Assembly (NCBI GenBank): GCA_016934265.1
Contig: JAFGTF010000078.1
Location: forward strand, 10,459 to 74,458
Direction: 5' to 3'
DNA: 64,000 nucleotides
DNA from: Spirochaetota bacterium
GTDB lineage: Bacteria; Spirochaetota; B62-G9; DRHN01
The notes under the pieces were generated by a model. The model was not told the origin of the DNA, searched no databases, and was given only the letters and a program-made list of their open reading frames with translations. This document shows, piece by piece, positions 8,787-18,439 of the stretch; position 1 is the stretch's first letter; every line of letters starts with the position of its first letter. Both the position numbers and the translations under genes were made by a program.

Positions 8787-11120
8787 ATGAGAATTCATGA
8801 GTTAGCCAAAAAGCAGGAAATGCCGACGAGAGAGGTGTTGAAGGCACTGAGCACTCTCGGTATAAAGAACAAGAAATCGGCGAGCCTGCTGAGTAAAGAG
8901 GAGCTTGAGAAGTTTAAGGAATATATCAGCGCGAATAAAGACAACAAACCCGAAGTGTCCCTCATAAAGAAGAAACCGAAAGAGGAGGAAGAGGAACACA
9001 AGAAGATCGTCATCAAGAAGAAGAAGGTGGTAATACTCAAAAAGTCCCACAGGCCGGAACCCGCGAAGGAAGAACCGAAAGTAAAAAAACCGTTAAAAAA
9101 GCGTCCCGAGAGACCTGCGGCACAGCGGAAGCCGAAGGAAGCAGGTCAGAAAGGGGTAAAGGAAGATAAAAAACCGGTATACAAGCTGAAAGAAAAAAAG
9201 GCCACGACCGCGGACGAGACCAAGAAGGCTCCGTCGAAGAAGGGAATAAAAGACAGGAAACGTTACGGCTTCAGAAGGAGCAGGGATGATGAAGAGGGAA
9301 GCATCGACAAAATCCTGCAGCACAAACGAAAGGACCAGAGGATCGTCGCCAACCCGATTCCCAAAGAGATTGAAATCCTCGAAACGATCACGGTGGGAGA
9401 GCTCGCGCGAAAGATGAACCTCAAGGCGAGCGATCTCATCGCAAAGCTCATCACCCTCGGTGTAATGGCTCGTATCAACGATCAGATCGATTCGGAAACG
9501 GCAACGTTGGTGGCCGCGGAGTACGGCAGCCACACGAAGGTCGTCTCTCTCTACGAGGAGACCGTTATCGAGGAGGAGAAAGACAAACCGGAAGACCTCA
9601 TACACCGGCCGCCGGTCGTCACAATAATGGGTCATGTCGATCATGGAAAGACGAAGCTTCTCGACGTAATCAGGAACTCGAATATCGTAGGATCCGAGTC
9701 CGGCGGTATAACCCAGCATATCGGCGCGTACAGGGTTACAATCGGCGATAAGTCCATATGTTTTCTGGATACGCCCGGCCATGAGGCATTCACCATGATG
9801 CGGGCGCGCGGCGCGAAGGTGACCGATATCGTGGTACTCGTCGTTGCGGCCGACGACGGCGTTATGCCCCAGACCGTCGAGGCGATAGATCATGCAAAAG
9901 AGGCGGGCGTCCCGCTTGTCGTGGCGATCAACAAGATGGATATACACGGCGCCAATCCCGACAAGGTTAGAAATGAGCTCGCGGAAAGGGGCGTTGTACC
10001 CGAAGAGTGGGGGGGCGACACGCTCATGGTCGAGGTCTCCGCATTGAAAAAAACCGGGATAGACGGCCTTCTAGAAGCCATTCTCCTTCAGGCGGATATG
10101 CTGGACCTCAAGGCGAATCCCAACCGGCGTGCATCGGGGACGATAGTCGAGTCCAAGATCGATTCCGGCAGGGGTATCGTCACGACTGTTCTGATCCAGA
10201 ACGGCACCCTGAAACTCCAGTCGCCTTTTATCGCCGGCGTATTCCCCGGAAGAGTCAGGGCCATGTTCGACGAGTACGGAGAGGAGGTACGCGAGGCGCT
10301 TCCTTCGGATCCCGTCGAAGTCATCGGGCTCTCCGGTATGCCGGAGTCGGGCGATCCGTTCCAGGTAACCGAGCACGAGAAGTTCGCAAAGCAGATCGGG
10401 CAGAAACGCCAGGAGTTGAAACGGCTCGAAGAGTCGAAGAACGTGAAGAAGATCACACTCGAAAATCTCTACGAGCAGATCAAGGACGGGGAGGTCTTAG
10501 AGCTCAAGGTCATTATCAAGGCGGACGTACAGGGGTCCGTAGAGGCGTTGCAGGACTCGTTGAGCAAGCTTTCCACCTCACAGGTGAGGTTGAACTGCAT
10601 ACATACCGGCGTGGGTGCCATAAACAAGCCTGATATCATACTCGCATCCGCCTCGAATGCGATCATAATAGGATTTCGTGTCCGGCCCAACTCGCTGGCC
10701 GCCGAGATGGCGAAAAAGGAGAAGGTCGAAATCAAGCGGTACAGCATCATCTATGACGTGATAGACGATGTAAAATCGGCAATGGAGGGGCTGCTCGCAC
10801 CGGAGCTGCGGGAAGAGATCGTCGGAAATGCGGAAGTGAGAGCGGTCTTCAAGGTGCCGAAGCAGGGTAATGTGGCTGGCTCCTATGTGAAAAGCGGGAG
10901 GATCCAGAGAAGCGACAAAGTGCGAATAATCCGGGACGGCATCGAGCTGTATACGGGAACGATTTCGAGCCTCAGGAGATTCAAAGAGGACGCAAGAGAG
11001 GTGACGGAAGGGTTCGAGTGCGGGATCAAGGTGGAGAATTTCGACAATATCAAGGAAGGGGACGTCTTAGAGACCTTTGTAGTCCATGAGATAGCACGGA
11101 AGCTCGAGACAAAGGCCTGA
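8787..11120 (+). CDS. infB: Translation initiation factor IF-2
   Basis: G-domain motifs [24 protein letters not shown] and NKMD; K/E-rich low-complexity N-terminus; conserved position after nusA. Confidence 0.95.
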   Translation: MRIHELAKKQEMPTREVLKALSTLGIKNKKSASLLSKEELEKFKEYISANKDNKPEVSLIKKKPKEEEEEHKKIVIKKKKVVILKKSHRPEPAKEEPKVKKPLKKRPERPAAQRKPKEAGQKGVKEDKKPVYKLKEKKATTADETKKAPSKKGIKDRKRYGFRRSRDDEEGSIDKILQHKRKDQRIVANPIPKEIEILETITVGELARKMNLKASDLIAKLITLGVMARINDQIDSETATLVAAEYGSHTKVVSLYEETVIEEEKDKPEDLIHRPPVVTIMGHVDHGKTKLLDVIRNSNIVGSESGGITQHIGAYRVTIGDKSICFLDTPGHEAFTMMRARGAKVTDIVVLVVAADDGVMPQTVEAIDHAKEAGVPLVVAINKMDIHGANPDKVRNELAERGVVPEEWGGDTLMVEVSALKKTGIDGLLEAILLQADMLDLKANPNRRASGTIVESKIDSGRGIVTTVLIQNGTLKLQSPFIAGVFPGRVRAMFDEYGEEVREALPSDPVEVIGLSGMPESGDPFQVTEHEKFAKQIGQKRQELKRLEESKNVKKITLENLYEQIKDGEVLELKVIIKADVQGSVEALQDSLSKLSTSQVRLNCIHTGVGAINKPDIILASASNAIIIGFRVRPNSLAAEMAKKEKVEIKRYSIIYDVIDDVKSAMEGLLAPELREEIVGNAEVRAVFKVPKQGNVAGSYVKSGRIQRSDKVRIIRDGIELYTGTISSLRRFKEDAREVTEGFECGIKVENFDNIKEGDVLETFVVHEIARKLETKA

Positions 11121-11176
11121 GACTGCATACGTGCAGGATTAGCCCGCACTATTTATTCGGACGAGTCTACGGTACA

Positions 11177-11536
11177 ATGAGCGCGAACTTTAAAAAGAGA
11201 AGAGTGGAGGAGCTCATAAAGGAAAAACTTTCGACTCTTCTCCTGAAAGGTTTGAAAGACCCGAGACTCGATGTCTTCATCACGGTTCTTGACGTAACGC
11301 TTTCCGGGGACGGCAGGTCGGCGAGGGTGACCGTATCCGTGATCGGCTCGCCGCAGGAGCGGAAGGCGGCGCTCAAGGGGCTCGAGAGCGCGCGCGGATA
11401 CATACAGATGAGGATCGGGAAGGGGATGAGGATCAAATACATTCCCCACCTCATTTTTCTTCTCGACGAGGGTACGGAAGAAAGGGTCAGATTCGTTCAC
11501 TGGATGAGCGAGATGGAAAGAAGGGACAATGAATGA
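11177..11536 (+). CDS. rbfA: Ribosome-binding factor A
   Basis: ~119 aa with the RbfA-like N-terminus (KRRVEELIKEKLSTLL...DPRL), immediately downstream of infB. Confidence 0.85.
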   Translation: MSANFKKRRVEELIKEKLSTLLLKGLKDPRLDVFITVLDVTLSGDGRSARVTVSVIGSPQERKAALKGLESARGYIQMRIGKGMRIKYIPHLIFLLDEGTEERVRFVHWMSEMERRDNE

Positions 11537-11583
11537 GGGTCATCCCCGGTTGGTAGCGGTGTACTCTAAATTCATGGCAGAGG

Positions 11584-12582
11584 ATGAGAACGGTAGGTAG
11601 CGATCGTAAAATATGGCGGTTCCTGATGGAATCGAACCGGACCGTACTGACGACGCACGTACGGCCCGACGGAGACGGTATCGCATCGGAGCTTGCTCTC
11701 TTTCAAATTCTGAAATCACTCGGCAGGGAAGTGCACATTATCAACCACGACCCCGTACCCGAGATATATGAATGGCTTCCTTTTTCCGATATCATAAAAA
11801 GTACTAGGGGCGGAAACGTTCCCTTGCTCGATTCGATAGACCTTTCGGTTCTTTTGGACTGCGCGAGCGAAAACCGCATTGGTAGCGCCTGCGAGGTTAT
11901 CCGTAACTCCCGAGATATCGTCAGCATCGATCACCACGAAGGAAACGAATGCTTCAGGGATTACTGCTACATAGATACGAGCGCGTCGAGCATCGGCGAG
12001 ATTCTCTATTCGCTCGTGCCTGATATAAAAAGGCTGCTCGACAGAGACCTCGCCACATGCCTGTACGTCTCGATTATGACCGATACGGGGAGCTTCGCCT
12101 ATTCGAACACCACGCCGGCGGTATTCAGGATAGTATCCGAGCTGATCGAATACGGACTGGCCCCCGACGAGATCTATAAGAACATCTACAACCACAAGCG
12201 GATCGGCCACTTCCGTCTTCTCGGTAAGGCGCTGGAGAGAATGGAGAGGGACGAGTCGGGCAGAGTCGTGTCGGTGCTGCTCCCGCTGAAGCTCTACCGG
12301 GAGTCCGGGGCGGTCGAGGAGGACAACGAGGGTATTCTGGAGGTGATTCGAGGCCTGGGAGGAATCGAGCTCATCATACTCCTCCGCCAGATCGACGAAA
12401 CCATGCTCAAGTGCAGCCTCAGATCCGTCAATTCGATAGACTGCAGTCATCTTGCTCGGCTTTTCGACGGCGGGGGACATTTCAAGGCTGCAGGCTTCGT
12501 GCTGAAGGGCGACGTAGAGAAGACGGGGAAGTCGATCGTGGAGAAGATACTGCGGGAGGTGAAGGAGTGCGGGTGGCTGTAG
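11584..12582 (+). CDS. nrnA: DHH-family phosphoesterase (NrnA-type bifunctional oligoribonuclease/pAp phosphatase)
   Basis: DHH motifs (HVRPDGDGIASELAL; IDHHEGNE) and a DHHA1-like C-terminus (GGGHFKAAG). Confidence 0.8.
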   Translation: MRTVGSDRKIWRFLMESNRTVLTTHVRPDGDGIASELALFQILKSLGREVHIINHDPVPEIYEWLPFSDIIKSTRGGNVPLLDSIDLSVLLDCASENRIGSACEVIRNSRDIVSIDHHEGNECFRDYCYIDTSASSIGEILYSLVPDIKRLLDRDLATCLYVSIMTDTGSFAYSNTTPAVFRIVSELIEYGLAPDEIYKNIYNHKRIGHFRLLGKALERMERDESGRVVSVLLPLKLYRESGAVEEDNEGILEVIRGLGGIELIILLRQIDETMLKCSLRSVNSIDCSHLARLFDGGGHFKAAGFVLKGDVEKTGKSIVEKILREVKECGWL

Positions 12583-13520
12583 ACGGAGTGCTCCTCATCG
12601 ACAAGGAAGAGGGGATGACATCGTTCGAGACCGTGCGAAAGGTACGCGGTACGCTCGGCGTCAGGAAGGCGGGGCATGCGGGTACGCTCGACAAGGCGGC
12701 GAGCGGGCTTCTTCTCGTCTGTATCAACAGAGCCACGGCCGTTCAGAACATACTCATGGGGAGCAGCAAGCGATACAGCGCCGTCATTCGGCTCGGCACC
12801 GAGACAGACACCCTCGACAGGTACGGCCGGGTCGTGAAAACCGGACCGGTACCGCGTATCACAAAGGAAAAGATCGAACGGGCGCTTGAAAATTTTCGGG
12901 GTCCCATACGACAAACGCCGCCGCTGTTCTCGGCCATCCACCACGAAGGGGAACGCCTCTACAAGAAGGCGATGAAAGGTGAGCGGCCGAGCGTGAAGCC
13001 GCGGGATGTGGTCATACACGAGCTCGTGCTCTCGGGCTTTACGAACGACACCATCGAGATAGAGGCGTACGCATCGAAGGGAACGTACATACGGTCGCTT
13101 GGCAGGGACATCGCGGACAGTCTCGGTACCTGCGGCTCGCTCACATCGCTTCGAAGGCTTTCGATAGGTCCTTTCTCCGTGGTGAATGCGGTACGTCTGC
13201 GAGATATCGACGGACCGGAGGCGGTCGTCCCGCTTGAAGAGGCTCTCGGTTACCTGCCGGCAGTCGAAGTGGGTGAGGAGGAAGCTTCCATGGTTAAAAA
13301 CGGTATCCCGCCGGGCCGTGCGCTTAAGCGGCATTGGGCCGCTTTCGGCTCTTTGGAGCTTTCGGGTCCCCGGCCGGTTCCCGGTCTCGATTCTTTCTCC
13401 CGGGTGATGTCGGAGGGTCGCCTCATCGCAATTGTGACACGGGGCAGAGGCCTCGGTACAGCGGTCGGTACCGGGCAAAACACCGCACTGCGCTATTTCA
13501 AGGTATTCAAGGACGGGTAA
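12573..13520 (+). CDS. truB: tRNA pseudouridine(55) synthase TruB
   Basis: GVLLIDKEEGMTSFE...GHAGTLDKAASGLLLV is the TruB catalytic motif. Likely GTG start at 12573, preceded by a GGAGG/AAGGAG RBS and overlapping the nrnA stop; the track ORF is extended upstream in another frame of nrnA. Confidence 0.8.
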   Translation: MAVDGVLLIDKEEGMTSFETVRKVRGTLGVRKAGHAGTLDKAASGLLLVCINRATAVQNILMGSSKRYSAVIRLGTETDTLDRYGRVVKTGPVPRITKEKIERALENFRGPIRQTPPLFSAIHHEGERLYKKAMKGERPSVKPRDVVIHELVLSGFTNDTIEIEAYASKGTYIRSLGRDIADSLGTCGSLTSLRRLSIGPFSVVNAVRLRDIDGPEAVVPLEEALGYLPAVEVGEEEASMVKNGIPPGRALKRHWAAFGSLELSGPRPVPGLDSFSRVMSEGRLIAIVTRGRGLGTAVGTGQNTALRYFKVFKDG

Positions 13521-13522
13521 GT

Positions 13523-14320
13523 GTGCACATAGTGGAGCGTATCGGGCGGGTGGACCCGTTCTCATTTTCCCTCGGGCTGACGATCGGGAATTTCGACGGT
13601 TTTCACCAGGGCCATAAAAAGATCATCGAAGAACTCGTTTCCGAAACAAGAAAAAGAAATCTCTATTCGGCAGTCATTACCTTCAAAGATCATCCCCTGA
13701 AATTGATCAATAATGGAGCGCCCCCGCAGCTCATGTCGCGGATGGAAAAGATCGAGGGATTCGAAAAACTAGGAGTCGACCTCCTTTACCATGTCGATTT
13801 CGATGAAACGATGTGCGGCATGAAGCCGCTTCGGTTTCTTACGCTGCTCGGCGAAACGCTCGGTCCGAAGCTGTACTGTCTTGGGCACGGTTTCAGGTTC
13901 GGCTCGAACAACGAGGGAGATGTCACCCTTATTGAACGGTATGGAAGCGATCTCGGTTACGGTCTGATAGAGGTGGACGACGTACAGCTCGATGGAAGCC
14001 TTGTATCGAGCACCAGGATACGGGAAGCGGTACGATGCGGGAACATCGAAACCGCCAATCGTCTCCTCGGACGGCCTTATGCGGTGTGGCTTGAACGAAG
14101 GAAGCCGGACGTAAAAAGGCTTGATCCCTTTCTTCCGCATACGGCGTTTCCTCCCGACGGCGCATACGAAGGCGAGTTGCTTGCGGTGGGGACGGGAGAG
14201 AGGTCGCGTCGGCTTGTAACGGTCTCGAAGGACAGCCTTACGGCGGATGCAGGATACAGGGGAACAGGAACATTATTCAGGTTTTTCTTTATAACCGGTA
14301 GAGCGGAAAAAGGATTTTGA
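13523..14320 (+). CDS. ribF: Bifunctional riboflavin kinase / FMN adenylyltransferase RibF
   Basis: LGLTIGNFDGFHQGHKKII nucleotidyltransferase motif, riboflavin-kinase C-terminal half, conserved truB-ribF adjacency. Probable GTG start at 13523 just after the truB stop. Confidence 0.75.
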   Translation: MHIVERIGRVDPFSFSLGLTIGNFDGFHQGHKKIIEELVSETRKRNLYSAVITFKDHPLKLINNGAPPQLMSRMEKIEGFEKLGVDLLYHVDFDETMCGMKPLRFLTLLGETLGPKLYCLGHGFRFGSNNEGDVTLIERYGSDLGYGLIEVDDVQLDGSLVSSTRIREAVRCGNIETANRLLGRPYAVWLERRKPDVKRLDPFLPHTAFPPDGAYEGELLAVGTGERSRRLVTVSKDSLTADAGYRGTGTLFRFFFITGRAEKGF

Positions 14321-14350
14321 TATTTATTATAAAAAGAGTATATTACAAGT
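14318..14350 (+). promoter_or_regulatory. Candidate promoter for rpsO-pnp
   Basis: TTGATA, a 17-bp spacer, then TATATT, upstream of rpsO. By eye only. Confidence 0.3.
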
Positions 14351-14445
14351 GATTCAACAGATTGTTGTTCGCCCATTTTGTTTTTTAAAAGCAAGCTGGT
14401 ACAGCATTCATGTTGTCATTTCATATTAACAGGCAGGAGCGGTAG

Positions 14446-14715
14446 ATGACGTTGGCAAAGGAGAAGAAGGAAGGTATCATCGGAAATTTTAGGACCCACG
14501 ATGCCGATACAGGTTCCCCCGAGGTGCAGATCGCGCTCTTTACGGAGCGTATCAACCAGCTCACCGAGCATTTCAAGATCCACACAAAGGATCATCACTC
14601 GAGGAGGGGGCTTCTGAAGCTCGTCGGTCAGAGAAGAAGGCTTCTGGATTATCTTAAGAAGAAGGATATCCAGAGGTACAGAGACATTATCGAAAAATTA
14701 GGAATAAGGAAATAG
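14446..14715 (+). CDS. rpsO: 30S ribosomal protein S15
   Basis: 89 aa, strong S15 match ([48 protein letters not shown]); AGGAG RBS. Confidence 0.95.
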   Translation: MTLAKEKKEGIIGNFRTHDADTGSPEVQIALFTERINQLTEHFKIHTKDHHSRRGLLKLVGQRRRLLDYLKKKDIQRYRDIIEKLGIRK

Positions 14716-14728
14716 GTACAAAGTATTT

Positions 14729-16987
14729 ATGAATGAAACAATAGAATTATCAATAGGTAGCGGGAAACTGATATTCGAGACAGGAAAGATCGCGCGGCAG
14801 GCTAACGGAAGCGCGATGGTGCTGTACGAGGGCTCGGCAGTGTTGGCAACCGCCTGCACCGCGAAATCTGACAAGCCGCTCGACTATCTGCCACTCACAG
14901 TCAACTATTCGGAGAGGTACTATGCCGCGGGGAAGATACCGGGCGGATTCATCAAGAGAGAGGGAAGACCGAAGGACAAGGAGATCCTCGTCTCCCGCCT
15001 TATCGACAGGCCTATACGGCCGCTATTCCCGAAAATGTACAGGAACGAGATCCAGGTCATAGTAACGACCATATCCGCGGACCAGATCAACCCGCCGGAT
15101 ATCCTGGCGATGAACGGCGCATCGCTGGCGCTCGGGCTTTCCGATATCCCGTTCTCGAAACTCGTCGGAGCGGTACGGGTGGGTCTCATAGACGGTAGTT
15201 ATATCGTTAATCCCACATTCGAAGAGATTGAGAATTCAAAACTCGATCTCGTCGTCGCGGGTACGGACGATGCGATCGTCATGGTGGAAGGCGGCGGTAA
15301 GGAGCTGTCTGAGGACGAGCTCTTAGAAGGAATATCGTTCGCAGAGGGACATATCAGAGAGATCATAAAGGCGCAGGAAGCGCTCGTCGCAAGATCGGGA
15401 AAGAAAAAGATAGACGTCCCCGGGGAAACGGTGGACCAAAACCTCGTAAACGAGGTGCGTAGGCGTGCGCTTCCCCTTTACGAGAGTGCATGCTTCATAC
15501 CCACCAAGATGGAGCGTCAGGGCGCTCTCGAGGCGGCGGGCGACAAGGTGGTGTCGGAGATAAAGGAGAGCTTCGGCGAGGAATCGGTGCCGGTGATACG
15601 CGAGCTGCTCGAGGAACTCGAAAGGGAGATCGTCAGGAAATCGATTCTCGAGAAAGGGCTCCGCTCGGACGGCAGGGGCCTTACGGACATACGGCCGATC
15701 AGTATCGAGATAAACGTGCTGCCGAGAACGCACGGTTCCGCTCTATTCACGCGCGGCGAGACGCAGAGCCTCGCGATCACGAGCCTCGGTTCGGTGAACG
15801 ACGAACAGCGGCTTGACGACATTGAGGGGGAAGGCTCCAAGAGCTTTATGCTCCATTACAACTTCCCGCCCTTCTCGGTCGGTGAGGTCGGATTCAGGTT
15901 CGGCACGTCGAGGCGTGAGATCGGCCACGGAAACCTCGCGGAACGCGCGATCGGTACCGTGATACCGTCGAAAGAGGAGTTTCCGTATACGGTCAGGCTC
16001 GTGTCGGAGATCACCGAGTCGAACGGGTCCTCGTCCATGGCGACGGTCTGCTCCGGAACGCTTTCGCTCTTGAGCGCCGGCGTTCCCCTCAGGGACTCGG
16101 TCGCAGGTGTGGCGATGGGTCTCGTATACGAGGAGGGAAAATACGCCGTGCTCACGGACATCCTCGGATCCGAGGACCATCTCGGCGATATGGATTTCAA
16201 GGTCGCGGGAACGAGAAACGGCATCACCGCGTTCCAGATGGACATAAAGATCAGCGGAATATCGACGGGGATAATGAAAGAGGCCCTCGAACAGGCTCGC
16301 GACGGCAGGCTGTTCATCCTGGACCAGATGGCGAAGGTGATAGGCCGTCCAGCGGAGAGCGTTTCGTCATACGCACCGAAGATATTCACGATGAAGGTGC
16401 CGACGGACAAGATAGGTACGGTTATTGGGTCGGGTGGCAAGACGATCCGGTCCATTATGGAGAAGACGGGATCGGAGATATGGGTCGTCGACGATGGAAC
16501 CGTTACCATCTCGAGTAAGAGCGAAGGCGAGGCCGAGATGGCGCACGAGATGATCCGCCAGCTCACGGAGGACGTCGAGGTCGGCAAGACCTATGAGGGA
16601 AAGGTGAAGCGTATCATGGATTTCGGGGCCTTTATCGAGGTTCTTCCGGGAAAGGAAGGTCTCTGCCACATATCGAAGCTCGACTTCAAGCGCGTCAATA
16701 AGGTCACCGATGTGCTCAAGGTGGGCGATACGGTCAAGGTCAAGGTCACGGAGATAGACGCCATGGGGAGAATAAACCTCTCGAGGAAAGCGGCGCTCCC
16801 CCAGGAGGACCGGCCCAGTGACGATAACGACAAAGATGACCGTCCAAGAGATGACCGTCCAAGAGACGACCGTCCAAGGGACGACCGTCCAAGGGACGAC
16901 CGTCCAAGGGACGACCGTCTCCCTCATGCCCGCTCCAGGAAGGACTCCTATCATAAACGGGACCGTTCCGATAGACACAGGAATTAA
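14729..16987 (+). CDS. pnp: Polyribonucleotide nucleotidyltransferase (PNPase) with a repetitive (DDRPR)n C-terminal extension
   Basis: Two RNase PH domains, a KH domain (TMKVPTDKIGTVIGSGGKTIRSI) and an S1 domain (GKVKRIMDFGAFIEVLPGKEGLCHIS), in the conserved rpsO-pnp context. The C-terminal tail is DRPRDDRPRDDRPRDD... Confidence 0.95.
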   Translation: MNETIELSIGSGKLIFETGKIARQANGSAMVLYEGSAVLATACTAKSDKPLDYLPLTVNYSERYYAAGKIPGGFIKREGRPKDKEILVSRLIDRPIRPLFPKMYRNEIQVIVTTISADQINPPDILAMNGASLALGLSDIPFSKLVGAVRVGLIDGSYIVNPTFEEIENSKLDLVVAGTDDAIVMVEGGGKELSEDELLEGISFAEGHIREIIKAQEALVARSGKKKIDVPGETVDQNLVNEVRRRALPLYESACFIPTKMERQGALEAAGDKVVSEIKESFGEESVPVIRELLEELEREIVRKSILEKGLRSDGRGLTDIRPISIEINVLPRTHGSALFTRGETQSLAITSLGSVNDEQRLDDIEGEGSKSFMLHYNFPPFSVGEVGFRFGTSRREIGHGNLAERAIGTVIPSKEEFPYTVRLVSEITESNGSSSMATVCSGTLSLLSAGVPLRDSVAGVAMGLVYEEGKYAVLTDILGSEDHLGDMDFKVAGTRNGITAFQMDIKISGISTGIMKEALEQARDGRLFILDQMAKVIGRPAESVSSYAPKIFTMKVPTDKIGTVIGSGGKTIRSIMEKTGSEIWVVDDGTVTISSKSEGEAEMAHEMIRQLTEDVEVGKTYEGKVKRIMDFGAFIEVLPGKEGLCHISKLDFKRVNKVTDVLKVGDTVKVKVTEIDAMGRINLSRKAALPQEDRPSDDNDKDDRPRDDRPRDDRPRDDRPRDDRPRDDRLPHARSRKDSYHKRDRSDRHRN
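16835..16920 (+). repeat. 15-bp tandem repeat (~5.7 copies of gaYgaccgtccaagR) inside the pnp 3-prime end
   Basis: Consecutive units at 16835, 16850, 16865, 16880 and 16895, with a partial copy at 16910. In frame, encoding DDRPR repeats. Confidence 0.9.
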
Positions 16988-17105
16988 TCCCACCAAGCCG
17001 TTTTTTCCCCTGTATTGTTTTCTCACCACGAAAGGCGTTTGCATGAACGCTTCTTTTGTGGTACCCTCTATCAAAACGGCATAGTGCACCGTAAAGGAGA
17101 CGATT

Positions 17106-18434
17106 ATGGAAACCGATGTCAACAAGCTGCTCGAGAAGGCGAAACGGCCGTCTGAGGAGGCGCCCGGCCTCCACAAGAAATACAGGGGAAAGGTGGAGGT
17201 ACTGCCGCGGTGCAGGATAAAGGACATGAGCGACTTCAATATATGGTATACACCGGGGGTCTCCGCGCCGTGCCGGCTCATTCAGGATGACCCGGAGCTC
17301 GCCTATGAATATACCTGCAAATGGAACACCGTCGCCGTGGTATCGGACGGAACGAGAGTACTCGGGCTCGGAGATATCGGACCCCTCGCCGCGCTTCCAG
17401 TGATGGAGGGAAAGGCGCTCATTTTCAAGTATCTCGGCGGTGTGGACGCATTTCCGGTTTGCCTGGATACAAAGGACCCCGACCGTTTCATTGAGACGGT
17501 AAAGATTCTGCAGCCTTCATTCGGGGGGATAAACCTCGAGGATATCGCACAGCCGAAATGTTTCGAGATACTCGAGCGCCTGCGAAAGGAATGCGAGATA
17601 CCGGTATGGCACGACGATCAGCAGGGTACCGCGGCAGTGACCCTCGCGGGGCTCATTAACGCCCTGAAGGTCGTGGATAAGCGCATGGACGAAGCCAGGA
17701 TCGTTTTCTTAGGGGCCGGAGCTGCGAATATCCGGATAGCCGACGTCGTGTTCAAGGCAGGGGCCGATCCGAAGAAGTGCCTCATGGTTGACAGCAGGGG
17801 AATTCTTCACGAAGAGCGTGAGGACATACAGGGCGATCCCGAAAAGAAGGAGAAGTGGCATATCTGCCGGACAACGAACGGCGGACACGAAAAAGGAGAC
17901 GCCCCGCGAGCACTCGAAGGCGCAGATGTGCTTATCGCCCTGTCGAAGCCAGGTCCCGGTACGGTAAAGCCGGAGTGGATTCGGCGGATGGCCGTAAAGC
18001 CCGTAGTGTTCGCCTGCGCCAATCCGATACCCGAGATATGGCCGTGGGAGGCGAAAGAAGCCGGTGCTGCAGTCGTTGCCACCGGGAGGGGAGACTTTCC
18101 AAACCAGGTAAACAACTCGCTCGGATTTCCCGGTATCTTTAGGGGAACGCTCGATGTACGGGCAAAAACGATTACGGACGAGATGTGCATCGAAGCAGCG
18201 AAAGAGCTCGCGAAAACGGCCGAGGACAGGGGGCTTTCCGAGGACTATATCGTACCAACGATGGACGAGTGGGAGGTGTTCCCCCGTGAGGCCGCCGCGG
18301 TAGGCAGCAAGGCCGTGGCGCAGGGTATAGCGACAAAAGCGATGTCGAAAGAAGATATCTTCCGGGGTGCGGAAGATATCATACGTGAGGCGCGCGAGAA
18401 ATCGAGGCTGCTCATAGAAAGGTTATCCGGCTGA
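17106..18434 (+). CDS. NAD(P)-dependent malic enzyme (short form, no PTA domain)
   Basis: Malic enzyme N-terminal signature (FNIWYTPGVSAPC; VVSDGTRVLGLGDIGP...PVMEGKALIFK) and a Rossmann domain (VFLGAGAANI); AAGGAG RBS. Confidence 0.8.
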   Translation: METDVNKLLEKAKRPSEEAPGLHKKYRGKVEVLPRCRIKDMSDFNIWYTPGVSAPCRLIQDDPELAYEYTCKWNTVAVVSDGTRVLGLGDIGPLAALPVMEGKALIFKYLGGVDAFPVCLDTKDPDRFIETVKILQPSFGGINLEDIAQPKCFEILERLRKECEIPVWHDDQQGTAAVTLAGLINALKVVDKRMDEARIVFLGAGAANIRIADVVFKAGADPKKCLMVDSRGILHEEREDIQGDPEKKEKWHICRTTNGGHEKGDAPRALEGADVLIALSKPGPGTVKPEWIRRMAVKPVVFACANPIPEIWPWEAKEAGAAVVATGRGDFPNQVNNSLGFPGIFRGTLDVRAKTITDEMCIEAAKELAKTAEDRGLSEDYIVPTMDEWEVFPREAAAVGSKAVAQGIATKAMSKEDIFRGAEDIIREAREKSRLLIERLSG

Positions 18435-18439
18435 AAGCG

